Virus record (IMG/VR): IMGVR_UViG_3300030098_004740
Span: 1 to 64,000 of that record
Origin: a virus
Length of the DNA: 64,000 bases
Reading direction: 5' to 3' (one strand)
The position numbers and the translations under genes were made by a program. Under the pieces are notes generated by a model, which was given only the letters and a program-made list of their open reading frames with translations, did no database searches and was not told the DNA's origin. Shown piece after piece: positions 18,701 to 28,538 of this stretch. How positions within the stretch are numbered: the stretch's first letter is position 1; the number at the start of each line of letters is the position of its first letter.

Positions 18701-21700
18701 GTCAAAAACTTTCTGCATCACAGGCTCAAGGCGCAAAAATAGATGCTGATATTCTAAAAAATAAACAAAGTATATTAAAAAGCACAGATGACATAGCTAA
18801 GGCAGAAAAAAGTTATACCGCTTTAGCTAATGCAAAAGCAAGAAATGAAGCCACAAGAATAGCTGCAAATAGGCGAGTTTCTGAGATAGGAGAAGGTTTC
18901 CCTAAGCTATTGAAAAAAGAAAAACATGCTTATGAAACTGGATTAAAAATACAAGAAAAACTTAATGCAGCGAGAACGCGCCTCAGTGAAAGTGGAGCTA
19001 AGTTTGCCGAGGGTCAAGCTGACTTTAAAGCTGGTAAATACATAAAAGATGGTGGAACTGCCGGTGAGTCCTCATTGAAAAGATCTGGCAAAGGCAAAAT
19101 GGAGTATTGGGGACGAAAAGCGGCTCTTGATCAAGCAGAAATTAAAAAGCTTGAGGAAGCGATGGCGGCTAATGCTAAGAGGCAAGCATCGTATACTAAG
19201 AGAATTGGCGATGCTGAAGCCACAGTAAACAAGTTGACAAATACACAACGCAGCATGATAAATAAAAATGCTGCACTAGATGGTGCGCTTGATTCTCAAA
19301 TGGCTGCTAGAAATGCGGCATCTAATACTTTAAATGCTCAACAAAAAGCTGCGAAAGAGCTTGCTGAAGAGTCAAGTAGAGCTGCTGCACAAAGCGCCAA
19401 GTATGCTGACAAAATGGATGGAGCAGCAAAAGCTGCTGCCAGTCTAGGCGACGACGCTGCAAAAGCTGGAACAAAAGCAGCCAAGCTTGGTAAAATAGCT
19501 ACAAAAAGTGGACAAATATTAGCAAAAGGTAGTAGAGCTATAGCAACCATGGGGATTTCCCTAGTTGTTGAAGAGACTATTGCTGCGGTTGGAAGATCTA
19601 TGACGGACGTTGCTATGACGCAGATCAAAGATGCTGGCGGTAGGATGTCAGAAGAAGATGCAGCAGTCGCAGAAGAAGATGCAGCTAGAGGTGGCTTGGT
19701 AAGCGGAGCAGCTACTGGTGCTGGTATTGGTTTTGCCATAGGTGCGCTTACAGGACCACTAGCTCCTATACTAGCTCCAGTATTTGGCGCAGTTGGAGCT
19801 GTAGTTGGTGGATTATGGGGTTGGTTTGCCGCTGCTGAAGAAGCTAGAGAAGCTATCGAACGTGCTAACTTTGATAGAGCATCAGCAGATATGACAGACG
19901 CCATGAAAAAATTTGGTGAAGGAACAGCAACTGCGTCCTTTGCAGTAGAGCAAATAGCAGAAATGCAGAGAGTTGAACAAGGAATCAAAGACTATGGTGT
20001 TAGTTTAGATGAAGTTTATGGTAGCCGAATTGAACAAAGAAAAAATGCTTCCACTATACTCAGCGCACAAGCTCAAAGCGCAATGTCTGAACAAGACTTT
20101 AAAAATGATCCTGCTATTAAAAGGCTTCAAGAATTAGGTCTAGTCACCCAAAAACAAGTCGATGAAGGCTTAAAAGTTGTTGAAGCAAACATGAAAGCCA
20201 GAGCAGCATTAGAAGCTGAATTAGAAGCTAGAAAAGCTTCAAATAGAGAGCTTAGAAAAGTAGCTGGTATTGTAGGCGCAATGGAAGAAGCATCTAATAG
20301 GCTTTCCACATTTGGCGCTTCAATAGAAAACATTGCAACTCCGGGAAGTGGAGGAATAGGAAAAACTGCTGATCTGTTCAAAAATGCAGGATCCAGTAAA
20401 CAAGGTACTGCAAACTTTAACAGTGCTATAGATATGTTTTCAAACATTGCTGGTGGAAATACGCTAGAAGGCTTTGGTAAAAAAGCAAAAGACGCACAAT
20501 TTGTAAATGCAAATATAGAAGATATATTGACTAGATCTGGTATGTCTGGTGGATTAGACCCAGAAAATATGCAGTCAATTATAATGGATGATTTGAAAAG
20601 AACTGCTAAAGAAGAAGGTGCGGCTCTAGGACCTTACATGGAAAAAAGAATGAAAAATATGATAGACAGCATAAGTGAAGATGACTTAGCTGATCTAGAA
20701 AATAAAGCACCAGAAATAGCAGCAAAATTTAAAGAAGATCAAGATAGATTTTTAGCAGTATTTCAAAAAGGAGCAGAACTCCTAGATCAATATACATCAG
20801 AATTGGAAGCTGCTTATAATGCTCAATTAAAACTTGAGCAAGAATACGTTAAGAGACAGCAGTCTTTGATGAACGCTAGATTTTCTTCTGACGAAAAGTT
20901 TCGTCAAAATCTAAGCGCTAGTGCTTTTTCAGGCACAAGCAATGCTGACATTCAAGCAAACTTCTTAGCTAACCAACAAATGCTTGTTAGCGGATCTGGC
21001 GGGATTGGCGGAATGAGCGCTGCTAGGCAAGCCTCTCTTAACGCAGCTGGTGGTGTTGGGAATGTTAATGCGGTAGGTGCGACGTTCAAACAAATTAGTG
21101 AAGATCTCAGAGCAAACCAACAGCAATTGATAAGTCAAGGTTTAGACCCAGCAGCCTTGGAACAGACAGGAGCAGCTGGCGGCTTAGCTGACGAACAACA
21201 AAAACTTATAGAAAAGAACAAAGAGCTTAGGGGAGAGTACGAGGCAGCGAAACAGGTTCTTGAAAACTACGCAAACTCTCAAGAAAGACTGACTGCTCTT
21301 AATAGAGAATTAGAACAAGCCCAACAAAAACGCAAGTCTCTTAAAGATCTTGCTGTGCAAGCTAGGTATGGAACTGCCGAAGAAAAAGATCAAGCTGCTC
21401 GTTTGATTAACGCTATCACTATTGCCTCTCAGCAAGGCATTGATGCTGTAGCTCCAGAACTTCAAAGGCAGGTTGTTGGATACCTTCCACAACTTATGGG
21501 CGCTCAAGGTGAGTCCATAGTTAACCAAGGCATAAACGATGCCTTTGGTGGTGGTCAAGGGATAGCTGGAATTACAGAAGTGAGCGCAGAAGAAAGGCGA
21601 CTCGCTACGGAAATAAAAGCTATAGAAGACGCAGGTATAACCGCTGGAGAGCATCTCGCAGAAGAAGTTGGTGACAGAATTGGAGAAATGGCCGACAAAA

Positions 21701-23367
21701 TTGCTGAGCTTAATAAAAACTTTGTCATAGATTTAAGAACTCTGTTCTTAGAGGAAGAATCAAAACAAGCAAAAGCAGATCAAAGAACCGCAGAAGCAAA
21801 AATAGCAGGAGCTGACAAAACAAGAGAGAAATTAAAAGAGTTTGGAATAGAAGGTACTGTTGATGCACAGGGAAATCTTTCTTATAGCGAAGAAGATCAA
21901 GTCGCTCTCAACAATTTAAGAATGTTGGGTGATCTAGCTATGGAAATGGAAAAACAAGAAAAAGCCACCTCTGCTTTGGGAGGCGTTGATCTTAAAGCAG
22001 AACAGGCAAAACTAGAAGGTTCAGGCTGGGTTATGGATCATCTTGCTTCAGGGACAAGTTCTAATATCTACAAAGCTCTAGGCATTACAAAAGACGAGTT
22101 TCTAGCTGGCATGGGCGGAAATGTTGGTGGTGACAACTGGAATGTAGAAAACTACGACGATGCCGATATGGACGCCATGAAAGTCGTGATTGATAAAATG
22201 GGTGTTAAGTTCGCTGAAATGGGCGGCGATATTAACATGTTTGAATCAGAAGCGATGCGTTTGATTAAACATGCGGCAGAGAATGATCTAGAAGGCCAAG
22301 ACGTACTTCAACCTTTATTCCAAATGTTAGCTGACAGGCAGTCATCAGCTAAGATACAGGGCGATGCCAGAATGAAAGAGTTAGAAGGAAAAGTTTCTCC
22401 AGAAGTTCTTGAAAAGATGAAAAGCATGACTGCCGAAGAAAGAACAGAGTACGCAAGAAAAGCAGGAGTAGCGGCTGAGGTTGGAGATTTGGACACGTTT
22501 GCTAGTGAAAGAAATCAATCCTATAAAGACTTAGCAGATGCTAAAGAATCTTTGAAGACAGTCAAAGATAAGCAAACAAAACTAACGGATGAAGCAACTA
22601 AGAGAGGTAGTATCTTTACTCATGATATTTATCTAGAAAGAATACTTCTGAATATTCTTACGGTTCTTGAAGGCGAAGGAAGAAGTGTAGATTTGCTTCC
22701 TACCAACCTAAATCCTTTAGCGGCTGCTGGTGGTGGTGGTGGTGGTAAAGGAGCTGTTCCGGGCTTCATGAAGAAGTTTGGAGGCAGTAGCTTAACAGAC
22801 TTTGCTAACATGGGCGACGAAGAGAAGCAAAAAATGCTCTCCATGTTAAGTAAAGATAGCTCAATATCAAGCGCAATGAAAGCAGAAATCACAGGAGCAG
22901 CTGGTGGACTACCTTCAATGTTTGCTGCTGACAAAATGCTTTCAAGCCCATTGACTGATGGAAGTCTTGAGGGAATAGACATGGCTAGCACAATGAAAAA
23001 AGCTATAGACAGTTTAAGCGAAGGAACGGCGGCAGCAGCTGTGACCAAAGTAGCACAAGATGCTCTTGCTGAAATGGGCGTTAATGAAACCGCAGAGCTA
23101 TTCTCGAAACATATAGAAGAGTTTTCATCAGCTATGGGTAACCCATTAAGCATTGAAGTGGGCGGAAGTATAGAAGTTAATGTTAATATGAATGGGGCAG
23201 ACTTCTTGAAGAATGCAGAAGGTGCATTAGCAGAAATTGCAGGAAGTGAAGCCTCTAAAGCAATAAATAACTTTATTCAACAAATGAATAAGAGTAGTAA
23301 TGTAAAACCAAATCCTCAAGGCTGGCATCAGTCAGGCCAACCTAAACCTTTGACAGGAAACGGATAA
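15799..23367 (+). CDS. Tail tape measure protein (TP901-like N-terminal domain) with embedded SNase-like domain
   Basis: FERAMVKVAQVSG..INTVAGNFAVESSD..ETIATGFRTIFTRL TMP core; Ala/Gly/Lys-rich coiled coil; hydrophobic GxxxG segments; 2522 aa. Confidence 0.92.
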   Translation: MAGNFNITAQIHLQAPNAKQFSRNLQKQLQNPNIKVNLQGAPKTVKDLNNVVKATKDVEKASRSAGKGADYMGRQLGSAFKQIMKYDIARRVFSLFANSIEQGVRDAIAFERAMVKVAQVSGASAREMKALTKEITNVSKQFGVSSQTLARTSLILKQTGLSMRDTKVAMEALAKTELAPTFDNIADTAEMAVAAMRQFGLEASKLEGLLGKINTVAGNFAVESSDIGVAIRRTGGAFKAAGGEIEELIALFTSVRATTRETAETIATGFRTIFTRLQRPTTIKFLRQFGIELTDLDGKFVGPYKAVERLHGALKNLDPQDLRYSMIVEQLGGFRQVSKVIPLIQQFGTAQAALNAQQAESGSLASDAAKAQATLAVQMQKLTEQVKELFREIVGSDSFQMMAKGAFALAEGIIKVGKALAPVIPLITAMAGMKMAGWAMGSMKMFGGRGLNQSLGTMGGTGGPGFYNRGGRVRRFSRGGWVPGSGNGDTVPALLEPGEFVLRKSAAQAFGPQLASVNRYGNGTRGSSGVDPDGMSASSSPVLSRALFQGVHDGDSYRIHGIPSQQKWNTTTRLDGGVDAYEIRNMSSSGPVWGPREKQLGDLAKAMAESHASKIKKGQDIIGMFGNVDPKKKEKYGRPLMTDPTLADSLLQAGLGETDKATGTLEQRVMKYAQGRTRAGINSGPAGSLYQQWVAEERQKLEQENKMASGGLVPSLLTPGEFVVNKKSAQRFGYGKLSKMNRYAGGGAVRRYANGTGGAGVLPMGMGGGGMFGGMMMQLGMMEGMFGKVGKAGLGAFNGLTNVAAGATMAYAKFSMVTQSVGAAAQMFGLQSEAVTAFIDRLSMVGGVISSLSSVAQNPATQAAFSHAIDWAVNGLMLFGGKLKNLGKAMGGKIGTAVSSAGGRVSGSAAHVAKGGRHAKEMYQGIFQRGQTKAFRDKVLKRQEHYKGVAASKTKAAGHATRNMGELGQKLSASQAQGAKIDADILKNKQSILKSTDDIAKAEKSYTALANAKARNEATRIAANRRVSEIGEGFPKLLKKEKHAYETGLKIQEKLNAARTRLSESGAKFAEGQADFKAGKYIKDGGTAGESSLKRSGKGKMEYWGRKAALDQAEIKKLEEAMAANAKRQASYTKRIGDAEATVNKLTNTQRSMINKNAALDGALDSQMAARNAASNTLNAQQKAAKELAEESSRAAAQSAKYADKMDGAAKAAASLGDDAAKAGTKAAKLGKIATKSGQILAKGSRAIATMGISLVVEETIAAVGRSMTDVAMTQIKDAGGRMSEEDAAVAEEDAARGGLVSGAATGAGIGFAIGALTGPLAPILAPVFGAVGAVVGGLWGWFAAAEEAREAIERANFDRASADMTDAMKKFGEGTATASFAVEQIAEMQRVEQGIKDYGVSLDEVYGSRIEQRKNASTILSAQAQSAMSEQDFKNDPAIKRLQELGLVTQKQVDEGLKVVEANMKARAALEAELEARKASNRELRKVAGIVGAMEEASNRLSTFGASIENIATPGSGGIGKTADLFKNAGSSKQGTANFNSAIDMFSNIAGGNTLEGFGKKAKDAQFVNANIEDILTRSGMSGGLDPENMQSIIMDDLKRTAKEEGAALGPYMEKRMKNMIDSISEDDLADLENKAPEIAAKFKEDQDRFLAVFQKGAELLDQYTSELEAAYNAQLKLEQEYVKRQQSLMNARFSSDEKFRQNLSASAFSGTSNADIQANFLANQQMLVSGSGGIGGMSAARQASLNAAGGVGNVNAVGATFKQISEDLRANQQQLISQGLDPAALEQTGAAGGLADEQQKLIEKNKELRGEYEAAKQVLENYANSQERLTALNRELEQAQQKRKSLKDLAVQARYGTAEEKDQAARLINAITIASQQGIDAVAPELQRQVVGYLPQLMGAQGESIVNQGINDAFGGGQGIAGITEVSAEERRLATEIKAIEDAGITAGEHLAEEVGDRIGEMADKIAELNKNFVIDLRTLFLEEESKQAKADQRTAEAKIAGADKTREKLKEFGIEGTVDAQGNLSYSEEDQVALNNLRMLGDLAMEMEKQEKATSALGGVDLKAEQAKLEGSGWVMDHLASGTSSNIYKALGITKDEFLAGMGGNVGGDNWNVENYDDADMDAMKVVIDKMGVKFAEMGGDINMFESEAMRLIKHAAENDLEGQDVLQPLFQMLADRQSSAKIQGDARMKELEGKVSPEVLEKMKSMTAEERTEYARKAGVAAEVGDLDTFASERNQSYKDLADAKESLKTVKDKQTKLTDEATKRGSIFTHDIYLERILLNILTVLEGEGRSVDLLPTNLNPLAAAGGGGGGKGAVPGFMKKFGGSSLTDFANMGDEEKQKMLSMLSKDSSISSAMKAEITGAAGGLPSMFAADKMLSSPLTDGSLEGIDMASTMKKAIDSLSEGTAAAAVTKVAQDALAEMGVNETAELFSKHIEEFSSAMGNPLSIEVGGSIEVNVNMNGADFLKNAEGALAEIAGSEASKAINNFIQQMNKSSNVKPNPQGWHQSGQPKPLTGNG
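17431..17775 (+). other. Staphylococcal nuclease (thermonuclease)-like domain within the TMP
   Basis: VHDGDSYRI..TRLDGGVDAYE..GDLAK..EKYGRPL..LLQAGLG. Confidence 0.75.
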
Positions 23368-23376
23368 GAGTAAAAG

Positions 23377-26259
23377 ATGGCGACTTATACTGGAGAAAGT
23401 ACAGTCCAAGCATCCTCATCATTGCAGGCATACTTGGCTGGGCCAATGCGGGTATCTAATGCCCTGAATGCCTCTTCTACAGTGCAGGGGTATTTGGCAG
23501 GGCCTATGCGTATATCGCAAGCTTTAAATACTTCTAGTACTACCAAAGGCTTTCTAGTCATTGCATCCCATCCTGCTGAAGCCTTAGTAGCATCTTCTGG
23601 CGCATTATACCCTTCAGAAGTTATGACTAATCGTGCTACTTCTACTTTGTCAAGCACGGTCAGAGTTCGCTCAACACTACACCAAGATGGCGGAACTAAC
23701 GATATTGGTCTAGTTATACTTGGTTCAGCAGAACTTGCTCCACAAAGAAGCATAGCTACAAGTGGTACTAACAGAGAATATGGTTACTGGCGTGGTAGTT
23801 ATGCCACAGCTTCTATAGCTAGTTTTGACCAAATGTATGTTCCTCTTGAAGGTTCTGGTGTTGACGGAACTGGTAAGCCTGTCATTTCTTTGGTCACTGA
23901 CCAAGGAAAAACTGTTGGAGGAGCTACTGATCACCCTGATTGTTTAGCTAGTAGTAAGAGTTTTAGTTGGGTAGATGCTGGCATGGGAGCAGGTTACTGG
24001 GTAGCAGGAGGCGATGGGACTTGTCTAACCGGATGTGACGATCCTGAAGCTCCAAGTTTTGATGGAACAACAGATGGGCAAATTGAGTATGTAGCTTGTA
24101 AAGGAACTCCTTACGACTACTACACTGGTGCTGATAGCGAAACTCCAGATGGAATAGGTGATTTTATTGGTTCTGCAAGATGGGAAAAAGCTGGATCTTT
24201 ACTTTCTCAACTTGGAAACGAAGCACCTAGACAGAGATGTCTATTTATGTCTAAGAGGTCATTTGTTAATCTTGGAAGTGGTATAGATCTTAACAAAAAC
24301 TCAGGTGCTTATACGGCTTATGCCAAGATTGTTCCTAGTGGTGATGTTTCTGGTAGTGTCATCATGGCTCAGCATAGAGAAAACCCAGCTCAATTTATAC
24401 TAGGTTGTGATTATGACGGAAAATATTACATACGTTCTGATTATACGCAAAAAGATGATAACCATTCTGTACAAGTCAATAGTTCAGGCAACTACGAAAG
24501 CTATAAATACCCAACTCAAATTATAGGCACATATGACCAAACAGATTCAACACTTAAGCTTTATGTAAATGGAAGATTACAAGGAGTATCAGATCCATTT
24601 ACCAGATCTGTAAAGAGGTCTGAAGTAACAAATGTAGCTTTAGGCAAAAGAGAATATGCACTTGCCGAAAAAGGATTTACCGGATGGATTGATGAAGTAG
24701 GACTTTCTTCTTCCGCTATGGAGCAGAAAGAAATAACAAGATTTTATCAAAGCACTTTTGAAATAAGTAAAATACTCTTTAATACAAAGGCTAGACCTAC
24801 TGGCGATAGTTCTTTTGCAGAAGACGAGTTTGGGGACGAAGGTTTAGGTATCAACAACGACAGTTATGTTGAGCTTGTTTTAGAATCTGGAATCGCAAGT
24901 GTCACTAATCCAGAAGGAGCTAGAGGCGGAGCTTTCGATAAAACAATGTGGGGAACTCGCAACACAGGTGGAAATCTGGTAGGAGCTTCCTCAGTGCTTA
25001 CATTTGACTTAATGGAGATTGCTCCTAGATTTCATCAGCTTACAGATCTTTCCGTAGATATGTGGGTTGAGAATACAAACAACCATCCAACCACACCAAA
25101 CGTCACTGTCTCTGCGAGAGTCCTGCACAAAGATCGTGCTTCAAACAGCAAAAACTTAAATTGGTATTCTACTGCTGTTGCAGTACCTACGGGCGATAAA
25201 CAGCTTATAACCTTAACCAAAGACATAGGTCATGATGCTTACTATCAAGGTGGGCATAAGTCCTTTAAGCAAGACTTAGATGATCATCAATTAGAAATTG
25301 TAGTTGTTCATGGTGTAACTAATGATAGTTCTGGATTTGATGCCAACTTTAAAATATATAACACAAAGATAAACTACACTGGTTTTGATAGCCTAGCTAC
25401 TTACAATACTCAAACTGGTTTAACCGAAGCAGGAGTAGTAAAAGGTCATGGTTTACTTGATGTAGATGGAAACTACACAGCTTTTGCTAGTGGTGACCAA
25501 AGTCTTACTATGATATCTATTGGTGGGGTCGGAGTGCCAGCAAGCGGTACATGTACTTTGTTTGTAGATTCTGACACCGCAGACCAAGCGATGACGTTGG
25601 TTATCAACCATAACAAAGCAACTGACATGGGAAATTCGGGCTACGGATATGTAGTTGCTAATGGCGCTGTTGAGATGAATGGCGTTGAAATGAACTTGTT
25701 CACTTCTGGTGGACAAATAAATACAGACATGATCCTGTTCCTAAAACAGAACGATCCTGTATTTGCAGTTAGCCCAACGATGACATTATCAACTGCTGGA
25801 GCCTTGCTTTCATTCCCTAGAGAAGAAGCAAATACATCCCTATACCTATTAGCAGACCTTGGGTTTGGGAGTCCTTCTGGCGTTATGAACTTAACAATGC
25901 CAAACGTAAAGTCTGGCACTTTCTTTGACAAGAGACTTCTATATATAGAAGGGAAGCAACCTACAGGAGAAATACCTTTATATGTACAAGTTAATGAATC
26001 TGGTGTAAATACAATTCCTCTTTACACCGTAGGACCTGACTTCTATTCCCCAAGTGGTGTAATGAATATGTTTATTAAGCAAAAAGATCTATATGGTCAA
26101 GCTACTATTACACCAGTTCCTACTATTGGTAGGAATAATAACACGACCCTTATGACAAAGGGTTATGGTTATCCTAGTGGAATTATGGAAATGTCAGTTC
26201 CTAACGTATTTGGGTCTGGTACAAACTCATTGACATTATCTACGAGAGGTTCTAACTAA
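23377..26259 (+). CDS. Tail-associated protein with LamG/concanavalin-A-like domain
   Basis: YTAYAKI..GTYD..LKLYVNG..GFTGWIDEVGL; N-terminal 20-aa repeats; C-terminal xSG repeats. Confidence 0.75.
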   Translation: MATYTGESTVQASSSLQAYLAGPMRVSNALNASSTVQGYLAGPMRISQALNTSSTTKGFLVIASHPAEALVASSGALYPSEVMTNRATSTLSSTVRVRSTLHQDGGTNDIGLVILGSAELAPQRSIATSGTNREYGYWRGSYATASIASFDQMYVPLEGSGVDGTGKPVISLVTDQGKTVGGATDHPDCLASSKSFSWVDAGMGAGYWVAGGDGTCLTGCDDPEAPSFDGTTDGQIEYVACKGTPYDYYTGADSETPDGIGDFIGSARWEKAGSLLSQLGNEAPRQRCLFMSKRSFVNLGSGIDLNKNSGAYTAYAKIVPSGDVSGSVIMAQHRENPAQFILGCDYDGKYYIRSDYTQKDDNHSVQVNSSGNYESYKYPTQIIGTYDQTDSTLKLYVNGRLQGVSDPFTRSVKRSEVTNVALGKREYALAEKGFTGWIDEVGLSSSAMEQKEITRFYQSTFEISKILFNTKARPTGDSSFAEDEFGDEGLGINNDSYVELVLESGIASVTNPEGARGGAFDKTMWGTRNTGGNLVGASSVLTFDLMEIAPRFHQLTDLSVDMWVENTNNHPTTPNVTVSARVLHKDRASNSKNLNWYSTAVAVPTGDKQLITLTKDIGHDAYYQGGHKSFKQDLDDHQLEIVVVHGVTNDSSGFDANFKIYNTKINYTGFDSLATYNTQTGLTEAGVVKGHGLLDVDGNYTAFASGDQSLTMISIGGVGVPASGTCTLFVDSDTADQAMTLVINHNKATDMGNSGYGYVVANGAVEMNGVEMNLFTSGGQINTDMILFLKQNDPVFAVSPTMTLSTAGALLSFPREEANTSLYLLADLGFGSPSGVMNLTMPNVKSGTFFDKRLLYIEGKQPTGEIPLYVQVNESGVNTIPLYTVGPDFYSPSGVMNMFIKQKDLYGQATITPVPTIGRNNNTTLMTKGYGYPSGIMEMSVPNVFGSGTNSLTLSTRGSN

Positions 26260-28538
26260 TGCCTGTTTCATTTACTAACGCAACTGACGCTGATCCTCAG
26301 TTTCTTACACCAGCCCCTTTTATTAATATAAACAAAGATTTTGATAAACAGGGTGATGGAGAAATATTAGGAGCGAGATATAGTATAACCCTAACTGGAA
26401 AAATGATAGCTGATAGAGGCTCTCCTATTGGTATATCTGCCACAACTGCTAATGAGGGTAAGTTTTTAACTACTGCTGCTGACGCTTTGCAACAATTATC
26501 TAGTGGAGATCCTATACCCGACACTCGCTGGTACGAATCATTACAGATAAAACAAAAAGCTTTAAGTAATTTAATTAGCAAGCTACATGAAGGTGCTTAT
26601 CTTGAGGTTACAAGCCCCGGAGATGTAGGTGGAGGTTTTAAAGCCTTTGTCAAATTTGAAAGCTTAGACTTACCCGGACATGCTCCCGGTCAACCCTACT
26701 TGTCAGATTATACTATCAATTTAACTGCTGATTATCTCATAGGCCCAGATGGTAACATAGCTGAAGATGATTTTGAGAATCAAGGATTATGGCTTGTTTC
26801 TTCTGCTAGTGAAAATTGGGACATATCAGAAATAGACAAAAAAGTTTACGATTGGCAAAATGCAAGAAGTAGTGGAGCTGAAGCGCTTTACAAACCTTTG
26901 AGTAATAGAACTCTTTATCAGTTAACTAGAACTGTTAATGCCACTGGTAAGTCTAAGTTTATAAGAAATAATACAAAAGCTGATGGTCTTACTACAAACG
27001 ATCTTGGAGGAACTAATGATCCATCAAGCGACACTAGAAAGTTTAACCAAAAATATGCACCAAATGGAAAAGCTTGGCAACAAGCTAGAGGTTTTGTTTA
27101 TGACGTAATCAAGTATGGTGACGACTTCATTACTGGAAAAGACGGAACTGCTTATAACGCTACAGAAGGTGATGACCCTGCTTGTTATGACAGAGTGGGA
27201 AATCGTCTCTATAATGCTGGAGGGGAAGGTCGCGTTCCTGAAACATCTGCCCATACCTCTGGAACATGCGCTGAAGCTGGAGGTATTTGGAGAACAAAAC
27301 AAAAACCCGTAAAGCCCACTGGCAATTCGTCAAGTGCTGTAGATGCTGATGATCCACATCTGTTTGGAATGAATCTTCCAAACCCCATTACTCATAGTGC
27401 TGATCATCAGTATGTTGGTTTTGATTATAAAAGAACACAATCTGTTGATGTCAGAGGTGGTACTTTTTCTGTTACTGAAACTTGGATTTTAGCACCTGCT
27501 GATTCTCAAGCTACTGAGTCTATATCGTTCGACTTTGCAGAAGATGAGCAAGGTGTTGTTTCTTGTACAGTAAATGGAACTATCGAAGGTCTTTATAGAA
27601 CTCAGGGTAGAGACAGTTCAGTAACAGACCCTCCTCCATTAGGAATGAATTACAGCGTTGGTACAATTAGCGGAACGTATAATGGTCCAGAAGGTTCTGA
27701 CAATAGCAAACTAATAGCGGCTGAAGTTAGATATAATTCTATACAAGCTTTAATGTATCAAACTGTATACAACGAAATGTCTAGAATGATAGACCTTTCA
27801 GGTTTAAGTGTAAATCCACAACCAGTTTCAAAGAGTGTTGCCAAACAGCCAGATACTGGCATTATTACTTACAGTATGACTTTTAATACAAGGACTATAA
27901 ATTTTATACCCTTTGTAAAGAATGAAGATATTAGTCTTAATGATACGTATCCGGGTTATGTTGCTGCACAACATCAAGTATTAGGAAGACGTACTGGTCC
28001 AGTACTACAGTCTATAGGAACTCAAACAGAGTGGAGAAGAGACTTGACTATAAGTTGTACTGTTGATACTCATAGGACTCATTTGTGCGTAGATAGTCAA
28101 GGTGAAGTTCACCCAATAACAGATCAAGCAGCATGTGGTAATACTCCTGATCCATATTCAGGATATTTGCAATGGATACCAAATCCAAATTCAATTGTAA
28201 ACTTTGCTGGAAGCAACAGATATATGTCGCAAACTAGACCTTCTGCTGGTATAGACACTTATGGTACTAATTTCCCCGCTGGATTAAATGGTTCTCAAAG
28301 AGCCGCTATAGTAACACTAATCAACTCCTTTAATCCGGGAAACATGGGACTCTTTGGAGTCAAAAAATATTTTACAGAAGCACCAACAGAAAGTTGGAAT
28401 CCAAAGACTGGACAATGGTCTTATAGCGTAAGTTGGGTTTATGAAATGAAAGACCCATACGCTTTCCCAACGACAGATTACATGAATGGTGCATTCAATG
28501 ACAACCTTGCTGGCCCTTATCCCGGAATGATGATCTAA
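26259..28538 (+). CDS. Putative tail-tip/distal tail protein
   Basis: Downstream of the TMP; LTPAP..YSITLTG, GTFSVTETW, ESWNPKTG.WSYSVSW beta-rich patterns. Confidence 0.5.
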   Translation: MPVSFTNATDADPQFLTPAPFININKDFDKQGDGEILGARYSITLTGKMIADRGSPIGISATTANEGKFLTTAADALQQLSSGDPIPDTRWYESLQIKQKALSNLISKLHEGAYLEVTSPGDVGGGFKAFVKFESLDLPGHAPGQPYLSDYTINLTADYLIGPDGNIAEDDFENQGLWLVSSASENWDISEIDKKVYDWQNARSSGAEALYKPLSNRTLYQLTRTVNATGKSKFIRNNTKADGLTTNDLGGTNDPSSDTRKFNQKYAPNGKAWQQARGFVYDVIKYGDDFITGKDGTAYNATEGDDPACYDRVGNRLYNAGGEGRVPETSAHTSGTCAEAGGIWRTKQKPVKPTGNSSSAVDADDPHLFGMNLPNPITHSADHQYVGFDYKRTQSVDVRGGTFSVTETWILAPADSQATESISFDFAEDEQGVVSCTVNGTIEGLYRTQGRDSSVTDPPPLGMNYSVGTISGTYNGPEGSDNSKLIAAEVRYNSIQALMYQTVYNEMSRMIDLSGLSVNPQPVSKSVAKQPDTGIITYSMTFNTRTINFIPFVKNEDISLNDTYPGYVAAQHQVLGRRTGPVLQSIGTQTEWRRDLTISCTVDTHRTHLCVDSQGEVHPITDQAACGNTPDPYSGYLQWIPNPNSIVNFAGSNRYMSQTRPSAGIDTYGTNFPAGLNGSQRAAIVTLINSFNPGNMGLFGVKKYFTEAPTESWNPKTGQWSYSVSWVYEMKDPYAFPTTDYMNGAFNDNLAGPYPGMMI

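Noticed and set aside
23398-23545. 60-bp tandem repeats as a possible CRISPR array
   Set aside because: They are degenerate in-frame coding repeats (YLAGPMR) without a constant repeat/unique spacer structure
5114-23753. Long antisense ORFs (e.g. 5114..5695, 19338..19988, 22629..23153)
   Set aside because: They are shadows of Ser/Ala/Gly-rich sense genes, with no motifs or RBS support
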